A stretch of 64,000 bases of DNA from Gnetum montanum (GCA_015680685.1 MNCI01001641.1:70843-134842), one strand, 5' to 3'; shown: positions 1 to 14,320, counted from the first letter of the stretch. Notes: generated from the letters alone by a model not told the origin. Numbers and translations are program-made.

Positions 1-137
1 CCATGCACCTAAGTGTGATATTTATAGGCTAGTCTAGAGGAGACAATGTCAAATATCGACATTCCTTCATGGGTCCAACATTGGGTATCCGATATCAAGT
101 ATCTAATATTGGGGCTTAACATATTCATAACTCATCA
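1..137 (-). repeat. Partial 3' LTR of Athila-like element A0 (cut by window edge)
   Basis: Homologous to 5020-5141 (gcctaagtg..tatttataggcta ... tcatca). Followed by the Athila-type 3' motif, minus strand ttgaggacaag...tgagggta|tgatgag. Confidence 0.8.
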
Positions 138-321
138 TACCCTCATGACTGAATGAAAACTTGTCCTCAAGTCAAACAAAATGAGGAACAAGTTCTTCAT
201 AAAATATTGAAAAGGTATGGGATTATTGATTAACTTGAACAATAAACAAAATGACTCTTACATGCTGCAATGGTGTAGTACAAAAATGGGACACAATATT
301 ACAAAACAAAAACTAGGAAAC

Positions 322-3049
322 TCATGTAGTGCTTGGAGGCAGTAGCTCCTCTATTGGATTCTTTCCTTTTTCACCAGGCTTATGAACTTTATAGTGATCA
401 AGCAATGCCTACAACTTTTGTTCTTCCATCCTTCTATCGTGTACCATCTAGGTTGTTGAGCCAATGTGTGTTAGCACTAGTACATCCCAAGGACATGGCA
501 CCTACAAAATATTTGATTGACCTTCATGTACCAGGCCGCAAACTATCATCATTCTTTCTCAAAGGCCCTAGCATTCTCTCTTAATTCTTGATAATCTATT
601 AATCTCCTATCTAGGTTTGAGGAGACATCCTTTTATCTCTAGTAGCTAGCTTTAACCACCTCTAATTCCAAGTTTTCCACATGTAGCTTCTAGAAAGCAT
701 CTTTTCGATAGGCAAACTCTTTTTCATACAATGCATAAGTGGATACTACCTACTTCCTTAGCTCATTCTAAGGTTGACTTTCTATTAACATGGCAAGGTT
801 GTCATATCTAAGGTTAGCTAATGCCATGTATTCTTCCAAATCTTTAATCTGTAGGTCTTTATTATTTACTTCTACCTAGTGGACTAAGGCATAACTATCT
901 AGAGTTAGTTGCCACTTATGATTTTGTGCTAACAAAGATCTAATGTGGGATTTATTCATCTAGATCTCTTTTTCATTTATTTGTTATACATGCCTACTTG
1001 GTCATAGAAGTTTTTCTTCAACTTTTCATGCTTCTTGGCCGCATTCTGCCATGCGCTAATTTCTATTGCTGATTTTTGTATAATCGTGCAAACCTCCTTC
1101 ATTAAGAGGGTTCTATTTTCTTTGGCCAATCTATTGATGTTCTAGTTGACCCTCAAAAGTTTTTCTCTTAATTGGTAGATGCTCTTCTCAAGGATTCTCT
1201 TTTTTTTTTCAATTATGATCAACCTTGAATTCTTAGTGGCGAGCTACTTGTTTTTCTCTTATGTAGTGGTCAATGCCTTTTTGTAAGCATGGGACTATGC
1301 ATCAACAAAAAAGGCATTCCAAACCACTTTCTCTTTTTCTTGTTCCACAACTATGCTCTACTTAGTTAGCTTGGACAATAGCTCCATCATGATCTGTTCT
1401 AGCTATTTAGGCACAAAAAATTAGGTAGGGTCCCATTGTTCAGTTCTTAGGGTAGCCAAGTCTTGTTGTAATATTTGCATTTCTACTTTTGCATGTTGTA
1501 ACCTAACTTCATCCATGACCAGCTTCCCTTTAGTGGTGATGAGGTCTGACTATGCTACAATGACATCACTAGGAATGTTAAACAAAGTATTCATCACTTG
1601 CCCCATATGTAGTAGTCAATCCATTACATTCTCATGCATATTAAGAGTCATTGAAGTCCCATCCAACATTTGTGCATCTCTCATCCTAGTCAAATCTACT
1701 GAGGACACAACAGACACATAGAATGATTCTTTAATATGATCTATGATCACTTCTACTGCACCTATCACATCCTAATGCTACATTACCAAAACTATGGCGT
1801 CTTCTCCAATTTCAAGCATCACTTGGAAGGATGTGACATTTCTAGAAATTTACCTAAACCATTGAGATTCTCCTCTTGATTGTGATGAGATCTCTTCCCT
1901 TATTGGATTGATTGAAATAGTGCATTATATGGCATCATCAATTACTCTAAAGAGATTGGATTCATCTCTACTTCCCCAATTGACAACTTTAGTAATTTCC
2001 TATAAATGACTCATTAAGGACATGTAATCTTGAAGTGGCAGTGATGGTGCTTGTGTTTCTAGGCACTATTTAGGCTTATGTTGTACTTCTATTTCTGGCT
2101 CTACTTACTTCTTTAGTTCTTGCCCTTTACCAAGATCTTTTCTTGGTGCCACAAGTTTGAGGAGTTTAGTGAAGGAGGCATTTTGAGCCTTCTAGGGATA
2201 TCATTTGTATATCCTAGGATTCTAGCACATTTGCATAACTTTCTAATTAGGCAAGGGAATTGGAGTGTTGGTTTCCCTACCTTTTTTTCCTCGAACCATC
2301 TCTGAATTCAATGAAGTAGAATTGGGGAAGATTGACCACATCTTTTCCCATTAAGATAGCACTTCCCTTGGTCACATATGTTGAGATTCAATTGAGCTCT
2401 TTGGTGAAAAAAAATGGTATGTACCGATCTTGAAATATGTCCTCTTCTCCATAGTTAGTTCATTATATGTTTTGTCTTCTTTGTTGTATGCTCATTTCAG
2501 CCATAGTTTTTCGGTGTCGGGGTCAAATTTGGGGATAGATGGGCTACCTTAACCCTTCATTTGTAGATTAAGGACTACTACAATTGCCTTAATTGAAAAA
2601 GAGACAATAAATCCATAGATTTTTATAGTGATGTCTTCATCTTTGTTGTGCTAGAATTGGTGGGTCTCACTAAGTTACCATTCACCACTATCTGAAAGAA
2701 TGGGCCACAAGGGTGACACCTAAAGTTACATCCGAACCGATTCTTGAGAAAACTCCATAAATAGACCAAAATTCATTTCTACAATGACCGAGGTCTATGT
2801 GAACTTTGTTTGAATGACTATGAGGAAATCAAGAGACAATGTGAGATGTTGTCCCTACATGAGAACTGGTGGTTTTGTGGCCTCTCCTTGGATCGATTGT
2901 CTGGTATTAGGGGCCTCTTAATGAATGCCAAAAGAGTGGGCTTCCTACTCTTCATGTTCTACTAGCTTACCTTGCTGTCCCCAAGCACCTCTTGGACACT
3001 TGGGTGCTCTCTGTGACAGTTCTTCCTATGCACCTCTTTTTGGGTCCAT
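322..3049 (-). pseudogene. Decayed accessory 'env-like' ORF of A0 (~900 codons; Athila/plant-transposon-protein-like domain plus coiled-coil C-terminus)
   Basis: Minus-strand MDPKRG.. start; motif IFQDRYIPFF..NRISTYVTKGSAILMGK..NLPQFYFIEFRDGSRKK..LQFPCLIRKLCK is homologous in three other copies. Many TAG/TGA stops and frameshifts. Lies between the internal region and the PPT. Confidence 0.7.
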
Positions 3050-3588
3050 TTGCAAACAAGCAAAGATCAAGTGTTACTAAGGTTGTATTCTTTATCATTA
3101 ATTAGTTTATACCTTACTGATTACCTTATTTCATTAAGTTCTTAGTTCATATGACTACAGAGTTAGAGAAATTTTCAAGAAAAATTCCAAAAGAGTGTCT
3201 ATCTCCTTGTACGACCTTACACAATTAATTTCTTTTTTCTTTTGTTTGGCTTATTATGATGGTTGTGGTCCCTTGTGTGGAAAAATTAAGGTTTCTAACA
3301 TTAATATGATTGATTATTCATGATAATGCCTAAATGTTTTTACACTCTTACCCTTATAATACCTTTTGGGGGATCACGAATTTGGAATTTTCACATGCAA
3401 GCACCCCCCCATGAATAACTTGAACAATTTGGGTTTAGATAGGCTCAAACGGCATAGAAATCGGAGTGGTAGAGAGCCAAATATTGCAAGTGGAAAGTGG
3501 GTGTGTAGAGCTCTGAGTCATGAGAGAAAATTTGAACAACTCCCCTAGCTGCAAATGATGAGAATGAAGTTTGGGCACCACGGGGGTC

Positions 3589-3670
3589 ATATATATAGGT
3601 TTTTTGTGACTCAATATTGGGTATTCGACATTGTGTCCCATCCAATATCAGGTACTCAATATCAAGTTCC
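3589..3670 (-). promoter_or_regulatory. Putative internal promoter of A0 accessory gene (TATA plus GATATC-type motif array)
   Basis: Minus-strand cctatatatat preceded by repeated caatatt/caatatc motifs that mirror the LTR U3 array. Confidence 0.5.
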
Positions 3671-4274
3671 AAAAATATGCATTAAATGGGGAAAATAAGA
3701 ATGGAAAATAAATTTCTATTATTGATTGAAAGGTTTGAGGTTAGGTCCATAGTTCTAGGGTAAGTGGAAAATTAGTTTGAGGCACCAGAAATGTGAGAAG
3801 GTGGAGTCATCGATGTGAAAAGCTTTGGAAGAAGCAAGAAAAAGAGCATTGAAATCAAGGTTGTGCATAGATCAAGTTACATAAGAAGGAAAACTATGAA
3901 ATTCATCAATTATGCACTTGGAAGTTTAAGAATGATGTGGTTGTGTCAAAGAAGTACAAGTCACAAAAGTTACACAAGTGGGTCCTTCCCAAAGATGGTG
4001 TCAACCATTAATGCCCTTGTGTAACCACACCTAAAAATGTCCATAGGCACTAAAGGGGTTGAATGCAATGCATACCTATGCAACAAAACACACATGTTAA
4101 AACCACCAATTTGAGATAATAACTCTATGTTACACAAAACCACAAGTTATGATCACTTGGACAATGAGATGAGATGAATAGTAGAAAGGATTGTAGAAAT
4201 TAGGACATGAGGTGTCTAACCATGGGCACAATGAAACCTTGTGTGTTATTAATGGTTAAATAATCATGAGTCCT

Positions 4275-5141
4275 TGATGAGCGGTGAGGTATCCCTATGC
4301 TCTACCATATAAATACGAGCATGTACATGTACGCATGATCTGGTTGAACTTTTTGGATGGACTAGTTGTGGCACCTAGATAGTTTTACGTTGATCGCAAT
4401 TCACTGTCTTCCCACCTAGACTAGTATTTGCTTTGTCACATATGGTTTAGTCTAAAGTGAGATGTATGATGTGATTTCTAATACTATGCTACTCCTAAAG
4501 GCAATGAGAAATAACTTGATTAAGCTAATAAGCAATAGGATGTAAAATCTAAGCTAGCCTAAGTGCAATGAGTAGCTATCCTTAATCATCCATACACATC
4601 TTGGACTTCGTGTACTACTTATGGGATTGCCAAGCATGCATCACTCAAAACACTACTTGATACACTACTAGGTTACCATTTAGTTACAATTAAATGCTCA
4701 TGATTAAGGTGTACTCTGTTCGTGTTAACAACAAGAATAGTAAATGATGATGAAGAAAATATTAATGAAGAAAATAACAATAAATAATTAACAATTAAGC
4801 AATTTAAAACTAAGTGAATGCTACAATGATGGAGTAATCTTGATCTTCATTGCCAATTGTGTGCATGTCCAAGTACGTCAAACTTAAACAAAGGTTCCAA
4901 ACAATTACAAGCATCACATTGTAGGCATGCACTTGGAAAAGGAACTCAAAACTAACTAAAAATTGACCAAAAGACTTCTAATGACTAAAACAATATCTAA
5001 TGATCTAATCCCCCTTCCCCATGTGCCTAAGTGCTATATTTATAGGCTAACATAGGAATCATGATATCGTGTATATGATATTGTATCCAGACTATGATAT
5101 CATGTACCTGATATCAGGGCCTGGCAAACCATGATTCATCA
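4275..5141 (-). repeat. 3' LTR of A1 (867 bp)
   Basis: Aligns along its length with 12622-13350 plus 16515-16660. Adjacent PPT-region motif cttgaggataagc..gtggggata on the minus strand. Confidence 0.93.
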
Positions 5142-5325
5142 TATCCCCACGACTGAATAAAAGCTTATCCTCAAGTTAAACAAAATGATGAAGTTCATTT
5201 GATTACAAAGTGGATAGGTATGGGATTATGGACTAACTATGGATTATTTCATGTAGTAGTGTGGAATTAGACAAAAAAAAATTGGGATACAAACATAAAA
5301 TACAAAATACAAAATTATTTGAAAC

Positions 5326-8107
5326 TCATGTGGTTCCTGGTGGCGGTGGCTTCTCCATGGGCTTTTTCCCTTTATCCTATGCTCCAAGATTTAGAAATGG
5401 ATACGTCTGAAGGAGCACCTAAATTTTTTCTTCCTCTATTTGGGGATCATGTGCCATCCATTTTGATGTTCCAATGTTTGATGGAGTCAACACCTCCCAT
5501 GGACACAATAGTTATGGAAACATCTGATTAGCTTTGACATACCATGCCACAAACAACTGTCGTTCCTTCTCATAGGCTCTAGCTTTATCTTTGGATTCTT
5601 GATAGTTTGTAATCCATTGAGCCAAGTCTATTACAACATCCTTTTGGCCTTGGTATCTAGCTTTTACCACCTCTAGTTTATATTTTTCTACCTTCAATCT
5701 CTACAATGTTTTGTTGTGTTTAGCAAACTTTGTCTCATATTTGGCATAATTAGTAGCTACCTATTTTTCTAGCTCATTCCTTAAGTGCCATGCTATTAAC
5801 ATGGCCAATTTGGCATACTATAGGTTTTCCAAATCCATGTATTCTATGAGATCTTGGATTTGCAGATCCAAGCTCTTTAATTCTACTTGGTGGACAAATA
5901 CGTAAGTGTCTAGTATGGCCCACAAATCAGTGTTTTGAGCACTGAAAGAGTTGATGTAGGTCTTAGCCATATGGATCTATTTTTCAATGATATCCTTATT
6001 TATCCCCACTTGATCTCAAAAATGTTCTTTCAATTTTTCATGCTACATGGCTTTATTTTTCCATGTGCTTATTTCAATGGTCGTCTTCTGATGGATAGTG
6101 CACACCTCCTCCATTGAGCGGGTTTTGTTCTCTCTGGCTAAGTGACTTATGTCTTGGTGACTCTTATTAGTTGTTCTCACATTTACTAAAAATGTTTCTT
6201 GAGATCATTCTTTTTTTTTAACTATTATCAACCAAATATTTTTGGCAGCAAGGAGTTTATTTTCTTCCTGTAAGGTTTTGACTAATTTTGCATGTGCATA
6301 TGTTTGAGCCTATGCTTTTGAAGCATCCTAATTAGCCTTCTCCTTTTCCATTTCCATCCTTTTATTCTTCTCTAATAATTTATTTAGTTTCTCTATCCTA
6401 AATGATTCTAGTGATCAGCTAGAATAAGTTGGGATAGATCTCATTATTCAGCTTGTAGGGCAATGAACTTCTCTTGGAGTCTCCTCAACTCATCTTCTAT
6501 GTGTTCAGCCCTAACGTCAGCCATAACTAGCTTTTCATTAGTGGAAATGAGGTTTTATTATGCCACTATGACATCTTGGAGGATGTCATTACTTATCCTA
6601 TTTGCAAAAAATGATCCAGAGCATCCTCATGTTCTGCAGGAGTCATTGAGGTACCAGCTAGAACTTGAGCATCATGTGCTCTTGTGAGATTTTTTGGTGG
6701 CATAATAGGAACATTAAATGATATATTGATGTGGTTCATAACCACTTCTATTGCTCTAGCTACATCCTAGTGTTGTATGACCATCACTGTGGCACCTTCA
6801 CCAATTTCCAATTGTACTTGAAATGATGCAACATTCCCAGAAATCTATTATGACCAATGCAACTCCCCTCCTTCTATTTGTATTGAGACCTTACCGCTTG
6901 CAAGATTGATTGATATGGTAGGTTGTACAACATCATCGATTACCTTGAAGAGATTGGCCTCATCTCAACTTCCAAAAATAACCATATCTATTATGGCACT
7001 AAGATGGCTCATCGACGATCGGTAATCTTGCGATGGTAATGGCAACTGGTCTTGCTAGCTCGTAGGCTACATGTTGGGCGCTACTTCTTGTTGTTGGCTA
7101 AGCCTTGTATCTAGAAGTTTGCTAGACATCACTATTTGAGGTGTAGTGACCCAATTTTCTACTCTTATTTAGGATCCAATGTCTCACCAACATCTTTTCG
7201 TGGTGCTGGTGGCTTTAGTAATTTGACATATGAAGCATTTTGAGCTTTTCTAAGGACATCATTAGTGTATCCCAATATTCCAACACACTGGAATAGCTTC
7301 CTAATTAGACATGGAAAGGGCAATGCAAAATTTCCTATCTTGAATTCTTTGAACTACCTAAATATTTCTATTAGATAAAAATAGGGAAATTGGCATCAAC
7401 CTTGCCCATCAAGATTGTGCTTCCTCTAGCTGCATAGGTAGAGATTCGATTTAGGCCCTTCATTGGGAAGATGTGATAGGTGCCAATTTTGAAGTAAATT
7501 CTCTCTTCAAGGGTGATTATCCATATGTTTTGTCTTCCTTGTCATACATCATTTTTAACAATACTTTTCTTGCATCTATATCAAAGTGAGTGGACAAATG
7601 AGTAACTTTGGTCCCTGTATTCGAAAGATTCAGAACTTCCACAATGGCCTTTATGGAAAAATCAACTAAAATTATACCAATGTCAGTTGTGGTGCCTTCC
7701 TCTTTATTATGCCAAAATTGATAAGTCACCCCCAAATACCGTTCTTCACTTTCCAAGAGGACAAGCCATAGTGAAGATCCCTTGAATTGATCTTTGATCA
7801 GCTTAGGGGTGAATTCGGTAAAAGGTCCAAAATTAAGTTTGACAATCACTGCAGCAGATGTGGACCTTTCTCGAATGGCTTGAATGCATTCTAGGAACAA
7901 CATGATATGTTGTCCTTGTGTAGGTGCCCTACCTTATCCACCTTCTACTTGACTAGATTATGCAGTAACAAGGGTTTCTTGATGGATGCTAAACGATTGT
8001 GCCTCTTGTTCTACATGTTCTGTGGAAGGTCCTTGGCCTCTACCTCTCCTCGGGCATTTGGTTGCACTTTGAGAAGGTCCTCTCTATTGTCCTTGTTTAG
8101 GAGCCAT
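5326..8107 (-). pseudogene. Decayed accessory 'env-like' ORF of A1
   Basis: Includes ORF 7517-7903 (KLNFGPFTEF..YQFWHNK..VDFSIKAIVEVLNL). Collinear with 322-3049. Confidence 0.72.
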
Positions 8108-8618
8108 CTCTAATCACACCAAGATCAATTGTTAGTAAGGTCATTTAACAAAGTTTAATTATCTCATACCTTACTCGTTGCCTTTAATAAATATTGAATT
8201 CTTACCTAGTGTGATTTCAGAGTTAGAAATATTTCAAGGAAGTTCCCCTAAAAATTTTAATGTCTATCTTGATTTTCTCATGTGACTCCAATTAATAATT
8301 TAAATGATTTTTGTGAAGGAAGAAAATTAGTTTAGCATGAGTTAACATTTCTTAATATTACTTACCCCTATGATATCCTTCAAGCGATAGCAGATTTCAA
8401 AAAATTTATGCATGAATTCTATCATATCCCTCTTCTATGACTAAGTTAAAAACTATGGTTTAATTAGGTTTGATTAGAAGGGAAATCAGAGTGTTAATGA
8501 GTGAGATATTGATAGTTGAATGGTAGACTCTCAAAGCATTATAAATCATGGAAGAAAATTGCAACAACTCCCTGTGTAGCAACAATTAAAAATGACTTCT
8601 AAGTGCATGGGGAGCCCC

Positions 8619-8710
8619 ATATATATAGGTTTTATGGACACAATATTGTGTATGTGATAGCGCATACCCGATATTGCGTCAAACCTAATATTGAGTACCT
8701 AATATCACTT
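8619..8710 (-). promoter_or_regulatory. Putative internal promoter of A1 accessory gene
   Basis: atatatatagg followed on the + strand by caatattg/cgatattgcg/taatatc repeats, like LTR positions 5036-5120. Confidence 0.5.
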
Positions 8711-10110
8711 CCCCTCCAAAATAGGGTACTTAGTAGAATTGATAAATTTTTGAGTTTTCACAACCAAAAATGAAAGATTTGAGATAGATTTGAAAGGTTT
8801 AGGGTAATGTTAAGTGGACATTAAGGCACCAAAAGTGTAATGAAGTGGAATTATATAATGAATTTCTTTGAATAGGGTGAGGAAAAAGGACATGTAGTGG
8901 TGCAAAGGAACCTTTGGTTGAAATAATGATTATGGAAAAAAATAGATTTGACAATGCAGTACCTGGAGGGTATAAGATGATGTGGTGATGTGCAACAAGT
9001 ACAAACTACAAAAGTTACACAAGTGGATCCTCCCCAAAGTAGGTTCCAACTTATCATGTCCTTACATAACCACACCTTAAAATGTCCATAGGTACTAGAA
9101 GGATTAAATGCAATCTCCACCTATGCAACAAAACACACATGTTAAATACCATCACGATGAGGTATGAATTCTATGCCACACAAGACACAAGTTAGAAATA
9201 CTTGGACCATGAGATGAGAGGAATTGTATAAGGGATTGCAAAGATTGGGATGTGACGTAACTTACCCTAGGCACAATGAATCCAAAGTGTTATGCATGAT
9301 TAAAGTACTATTAGCCAATTACTCCAACATCAAGACCAAGTCCATACCTTTGATCAATGACCTCACATTGTTTCATCCCAATGATAGACAACCATAAGAG
9401 AATCATGATAGTAAGGTGTATGATCACTTAAGATTTTGTGCAAGGGAGGAGTGATTTGAATTAATCTATGGCACATTTTTCTTGGTCATTTCTTTGCTAT
9501 TTTTTTCATCTTTCTCTTCTTTTTCTTCTTCTAGCTCCTTTTGCACTTTATGTTTCTCAATGGGAATCCAAAAAGGCTGCCAACCTTCAGGCATGGGTGC
9601 ATGTATTTTCAATGGGACCCTATAGAGTATCATTGATTTCCTTTATTAAGTTTCTTTATCACAACTCTTACTCCCATTTTTCATTAGATCTACAAGGATC
9701 TTAGTACAATCAAGCTGCATGATAGCAGATACATATGTTGCCAAAGAGAATCCACAAGTCCCCTTGATGTCACATCCTTACCATTCCCTCTTAGTCCATC
9801 ACTCTTTGCTTTGAGCATAATGAGTACAAAGTTACTTTAAGTTTTAATCATAACAAGAATATCATCATACCCAGAGTAGAATCACTTATTAATAGAATGG
9901 GTGGGCGGATGTTGTAGGCTCATTGTCTAAATAATTAGTCCCTTGTGACTCGATAGCATAGAATAACACCTCAACCAACAAGTCACATGAGTATTTATTC
10001 ATAGATCAGATCACCCTCAAAAAGATAAAATGATAAATTAAAAAATGAAAAATTAGAAAACAAAGAATTAGAAAAAAAATTGTAAAACCAAAGAAAAGGA
10101 AAAACATTCA

Positions 10111-12480
10111 CTAATTTTTCTTATTAGAATGGGGGGTAACCCCCATGGCTAAACCTTTGATCATGCCAAGAATTAATAAATGAAAATTTTGGATCCATGC
10201 ATGTTGGAAATATTGGAGTTCAGTCATATCCAAACCACTGGGTGTCTTTTGGAGTGGTGGTAAGAATGTTCTCAATTTGGGGTTCACACACTTGATTAAA
10301 GTAAGCATAGTGGGGCGGATTATCAGATGTGATCATGTGATAAGAAGTTGACCCACTATGGCACCTATTAACATAAGATGGTATGCAAGGATGGATATGT
10401 TTTCCCATGTGGTTATATGCGTTGGGCCACATGGTTGTTGTAGTGTCAATTGGTGGCCTAGATAAGGTAATAGGAGGCATTGAGTTTGAAGAGGAAGGTG
10501 CATCACCATGTTGGGGTTGTGTTGAGTTAGAGAATACAATGGTTCTAGAGCCATGCTACCTCTTTCTACAGCCGTGCAGAAAGAAAGGATGCTTCCAACG
10601 ATGTGGAGGACTTCCACTATTGTTGGTAGTAGTAGCACAAGTAATGTTTGTTGGTTAGTGTGACGGTGCAAAACCTTCTGGTACAACTGGTGGCAATGTA
10701 GGAGGTGAAGGATGAGAATATTGAAAACAAGGAGAAGTGTAAAGAACATGAGGTGGTGATTCTATGAGAGAGGACATGGGTTAATGATATTTAGAAGAAT
10801 GATAACAATAAGGTGACACAGAGGATGTTGATCTAGTTGGAGAAATAGGATGTTGAACATAATAAGCACTTGGTGTTGGGACATACAAAGGTTGAGGCTA
10901 GTTTGGAAATGGTCTCCTCCACGACTGGGGGTTTTTCCATTGTGGTTGAACACAGTACTTCTATATAAAATCTGGATGTAACATTCTTCCCCAATGCTCA
11001 TGTAGATGTGATAAAATTGGGCATTGGCCTTTGGGGTGATCATACATGCAAACATCACATTAATACTTATGATTTGCAGTTGAGCCCCTATCCTTACCTT
11101 CTTCAATCCTTCTTTCTAATTATTGAATGATGTTTTGTCTTGTTTCTAGGTTTGGCATCCTCTATTTGTTCTAGTTGTTAGAATGATCTTGTGTGGTTTT
11201 ACCTCTAATAATGTTTGCATATTCTCTGCATTTTTCATGACCCACTCCATCATCTTATTGATCTTTGCCTTAATTTCATCTAGTGATTTTAGTATTGGCA
11301 AAGATGGGGATGGTTCCACTCCTCGAGGTAAGTTTATTTCTCCTCTTCATGATTATGGGCCTTTGTTACTTTAAGAGTTTGGTCCTATTGAGATTTTTCA
11401 ACATTCTCCAATTTGGCTATTTTTCCTTCTTCTTTTACTACCTACTTAATGAGCTCTTGGAATTAGTGAGTTCATAGTTCATATAGTTGACTTGGGGCAT
11501 ACATCCTAGGATCTCGCTTGTTTCATTACAAATCCCATTCATGATGTGACACATCAGCCTTTCCTTGAAGAACCCATGGCCTAAGCATTTTTTAACAACA
11601 AATAATGTCTTTCTAAGGCCATGTCCAAGGGTTCATGTTGCCCTTGTTTCCACTCTTGGATGTGTCTCCTCAAGGCTGACACTCCTACATAGGTTTGATA
11701 TCTTTCATTGAAGAGTTCCACCATTGTTGGCCAATGGTGAATTGATTTCAGCTTTAAAGACTTGTATCATACTTTTGCTTGGCCAATGAGTGTCATAGGA
11801 AAGAGCTTACATCTTTGCCACCCATTATCAATGTTTTTCCATGCATAGGAATCATAGAAGGCTTGTAAATGGTGTTTTGGATCTAAATCATAGCCTCTTG
11901 AGAACTTGGAAAAGTGGTTTAAATTAAGCTTAGGTAGATGGCTTTCCTTGTGATGCCTATGGGATATCTAAATAGCCTCTGTTATATGCATTAAGCTCTT
12001 AGTGGCCAATAAGGGTTCATTGTCACAAAGTAGGTTGTAAGTTTATGAGTTGGGATGTTGTTGTCTATGTTCATGTTGGCATTCCTAATTTTTCCTATGG
12101 GTTTGATTTTTATTTCCATGTCGACCTTGTAAGGAATAGTCATCTGTGTCATAACCTGACATTAAAAGAGTAGAGGAAGAGAGAGTACTGGAAGACTCAT
12201 CATAACTTTTGTAAGTCTTCCAATTATCCCTTGATGTTCTCATGCTATCCACTAAGAAGGTCCTAGGCCTTATGGGTCCCCTTGTTCTATGGGATGTCCC
12301 ATCCTCACTATAGGTGTCTAAGTTGGATGATAGGAGTCCTTGAGTATCATTGGGATATCCATGAACATATGAAACACCTGCATAAGATTGAGTACTCCAA
12401 ACTTCTTCTTCATCATAAATTGCATTGCTTCTCTAATGAATTTCCTTGCTAGATGTTGCATTATCATTATCCTATGAGAG
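10111..12480 (-). pseudogene. gag: Decayed gag of A1 with Pro/His-rich C-terminal extension; no protease, RT or integrase follows
   Basis: Minus-strand translation KFSRGYDLDPKHHLQAFYD..CKLFPMTLIGQAKV*YKSL..WPTMVELFNERY (retrotransposon gag core) and a Cys/His knuckle-like YCMHDHPKGQCP. Start coordinate approximate. Confidence 0.8.
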
Positions 12481-12602
12481 AGACATTGTTGAAAATTGTG
12501 TGTGACTCAATTGAATTTAATTTCTTTTGTCTAAAGGATATATTATTAATACCTTGTTACAGTGATCTCAGATGATATAGCTGATCTAGATAACTAGCAC
12601 CA

Positions 12603-12620
12603 TCCCTAGTAATCGTGCCA
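12603..12620 (-). promoter_or_regulatory. Degenerate primer-binding site of A1 (probably tRNA-Asp type)
   Basis: TGGCACGATTACTAGGGA lies 1 nt inside the 5' LTR; resembles TGGCGCCGTTGCCGGGGA with several mismatches. Confidence 0.6.
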
Positions 12621-13639
12621 ATGATGAGTGGCAAGGTACCCCTATGCTCAACCATACAAATCTGAGCATGTACACACAATCTGGTTAAACTTTGCAAATG
12701 AACTAGTTGGGGCACCTAGATAGTTATACATTGATCGTAGTTTGTTGTCTTCCCACCTGCACTAGTATTTTCTTTTTCACATATGGTTTAGTCCAAAGTG
12801 AGGTGTATGATGTGATTTCTAATACTATGCTACTCCTAAAGACAATGAGAAATAACTTGATAAAGCTAATAAACAATAGGAAGTAAAATCTAAGCTAGCC
12901 TAAGTGCGATGAGTATTTGTTCTTAATCATCCATACACATCTTGAACTTTGTGTACTACTTCTAGGATTGCCAAGCATGCATCACTTGAAACACTACTTC
13001 ATATGCTACTGGGTTACTACATAGTTACACTTAAATGCTTGTGATTAAGGCATACTCATTCTGCATTAACAACAAGAATAGTAAATGATGATGAAGGAAA
13101 TATTAACAAAGAAAATAACAATAAATAATTAACAATTGAGTAATTGAAAACTAAGTGAATGTTGCAATGATGGAGTAATCTTGATCTTTATTGCTGATTA
13201 TGTGTGTGTCCAAGTACGTCACACTTGAACAAAGGTTTCGTACAATTACAAGCATCACATTGCGAGCATGCACTTGGAAAAAGAACTTAAAAGTAACTAA
13301 AAACTAACTAAAAGACTTCTAATGACTAAAACAATCTCTAATGATCTAATTGTTGGCACATTTGGGCCATTTCATGGAACAGAGATATGAGGTGATTGAG
13401 GTATACTAGAGTATTGTCCTCAAAGCAACATCATTGGTTGTCTACATCATCAACTAAAGCATTCCTTGCATGGAGCTCTTAAGGAGGACTTAGCATAGAA
13501 AAAGCAAGGGTGGTCCAAAATGATGTATTGGTGGGGAAAACAAAGAATAAAATTAGTTGCTACACACAATAGTCCAAAAAGTTAAAAAAAAGGGGATACT
13601 GTGATTTTAAACAGAGGTGGATTAGATACCACAACACCT

Positions 13640-13977
13640 TTTGAGTCTCTCAAAGAGGAACGCTGTAGGGCAGTTGTACGACTGCCTTTGAGCATGGAGA
13701 ACCTTTCGTTATTACAGATACTGGATCTTTTGGAGTGTGTGAGTCTGGAAGAGCTTCCAGGAAACATTGGGAGATTGACGTCCCTTAAGTTTCTGTCTGT
13801 GTGGGGCTGCAAAAATATGAAGAGGTTAGGTGTAACATTTCACACTCTCCCATCTCTAGAAATAGTAGATTAGGATATTGCTCCGAGTTGGAGGCAAATT
13901 GGATGAACATGCTTACAAATATGAAGTCACTCCAATTCCTTTACATCGATGACTGTCCACGCCTTATTCAAAGATGA
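13640..13977 (+). pseudogene. Captured C-terminal LRR fragment of an NLR-type disease-resistance gene
   Basis: CRAVVRLPLSMENLSLLQILDLLECVSLEELPGNIGRLTSLKFLSVWGCKNMKRL..LPSLEIVD, a 1-nt frameshift, then LGYCSELEANWMNMLTNMKSLQFLYIDDCPRLIQR*. Typical plant NLR LxxLxLxxCxxL repeats and terminal CPxL motif. Confidence 0.88.
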
Positions 13978-14033
13978 AAAAAATAGAAAAATCTACGTTG
14001 CGGTGCCGTGTTTTCATTTCAATTTTAATTTTG

Positions 14034-14320
14034 ATGGGAATGGTGACGAAGAAGGGCTCACTGTTGCTGTTATTCCTGGTCTGGTGTTGCTACAGCATCG
14101 AGATCTCACAAGGTTCTATCTTCCGGGCAACTACATGCATACCTACACAAAGGGCTAGCATCTTACAGTGATTTCACTGACATCGATCAAGACGGAGCCT
14201 CCATACCGCTACTACAGTTTTCTCTACTGCTAGCCTCCATGTGGAGCCAAGAAAATCACTGCGTCCATGGTGAAATACAAGATGTATGATCTGGTTACTC
14301 TCGAATCTATTATCAGCTGT
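14034..14320 (+). pseudogene. Captured N-terminal fragment of a TM9SF/EMP70 (nonaspanin, TMN11/12-like) gene, internally deleted
   Basis: Signal peptide MGMVTKKGSLLLLFLVWCCYSIEISQG, a frameshift, then FYLPGNYMHTYTKG*HLTVISLTSIKTEPPYRYYSFLYC*PPCGAKK. This matches the recalled family motif FYLPGSYMHTY..VNSLTSIETELPFSYYSLPYCQP..GIKK. It then jumps to SMVKYKMYD, like the downstream KMTKLHMYD. Confidence 0.85.

Noticed and set aside
333-12000. Many short + strand ORFs of 60-90 aa
   Set aside because: Antisense shadows of decayed minus-strand retrotransposon ORFs with no recognisable motifs.
13601-13873. Functional host LRR gene
   Set aside because: Fragment with a frameshift and no NB-ARC domain, enclosed in a TSD-flanked LTR.
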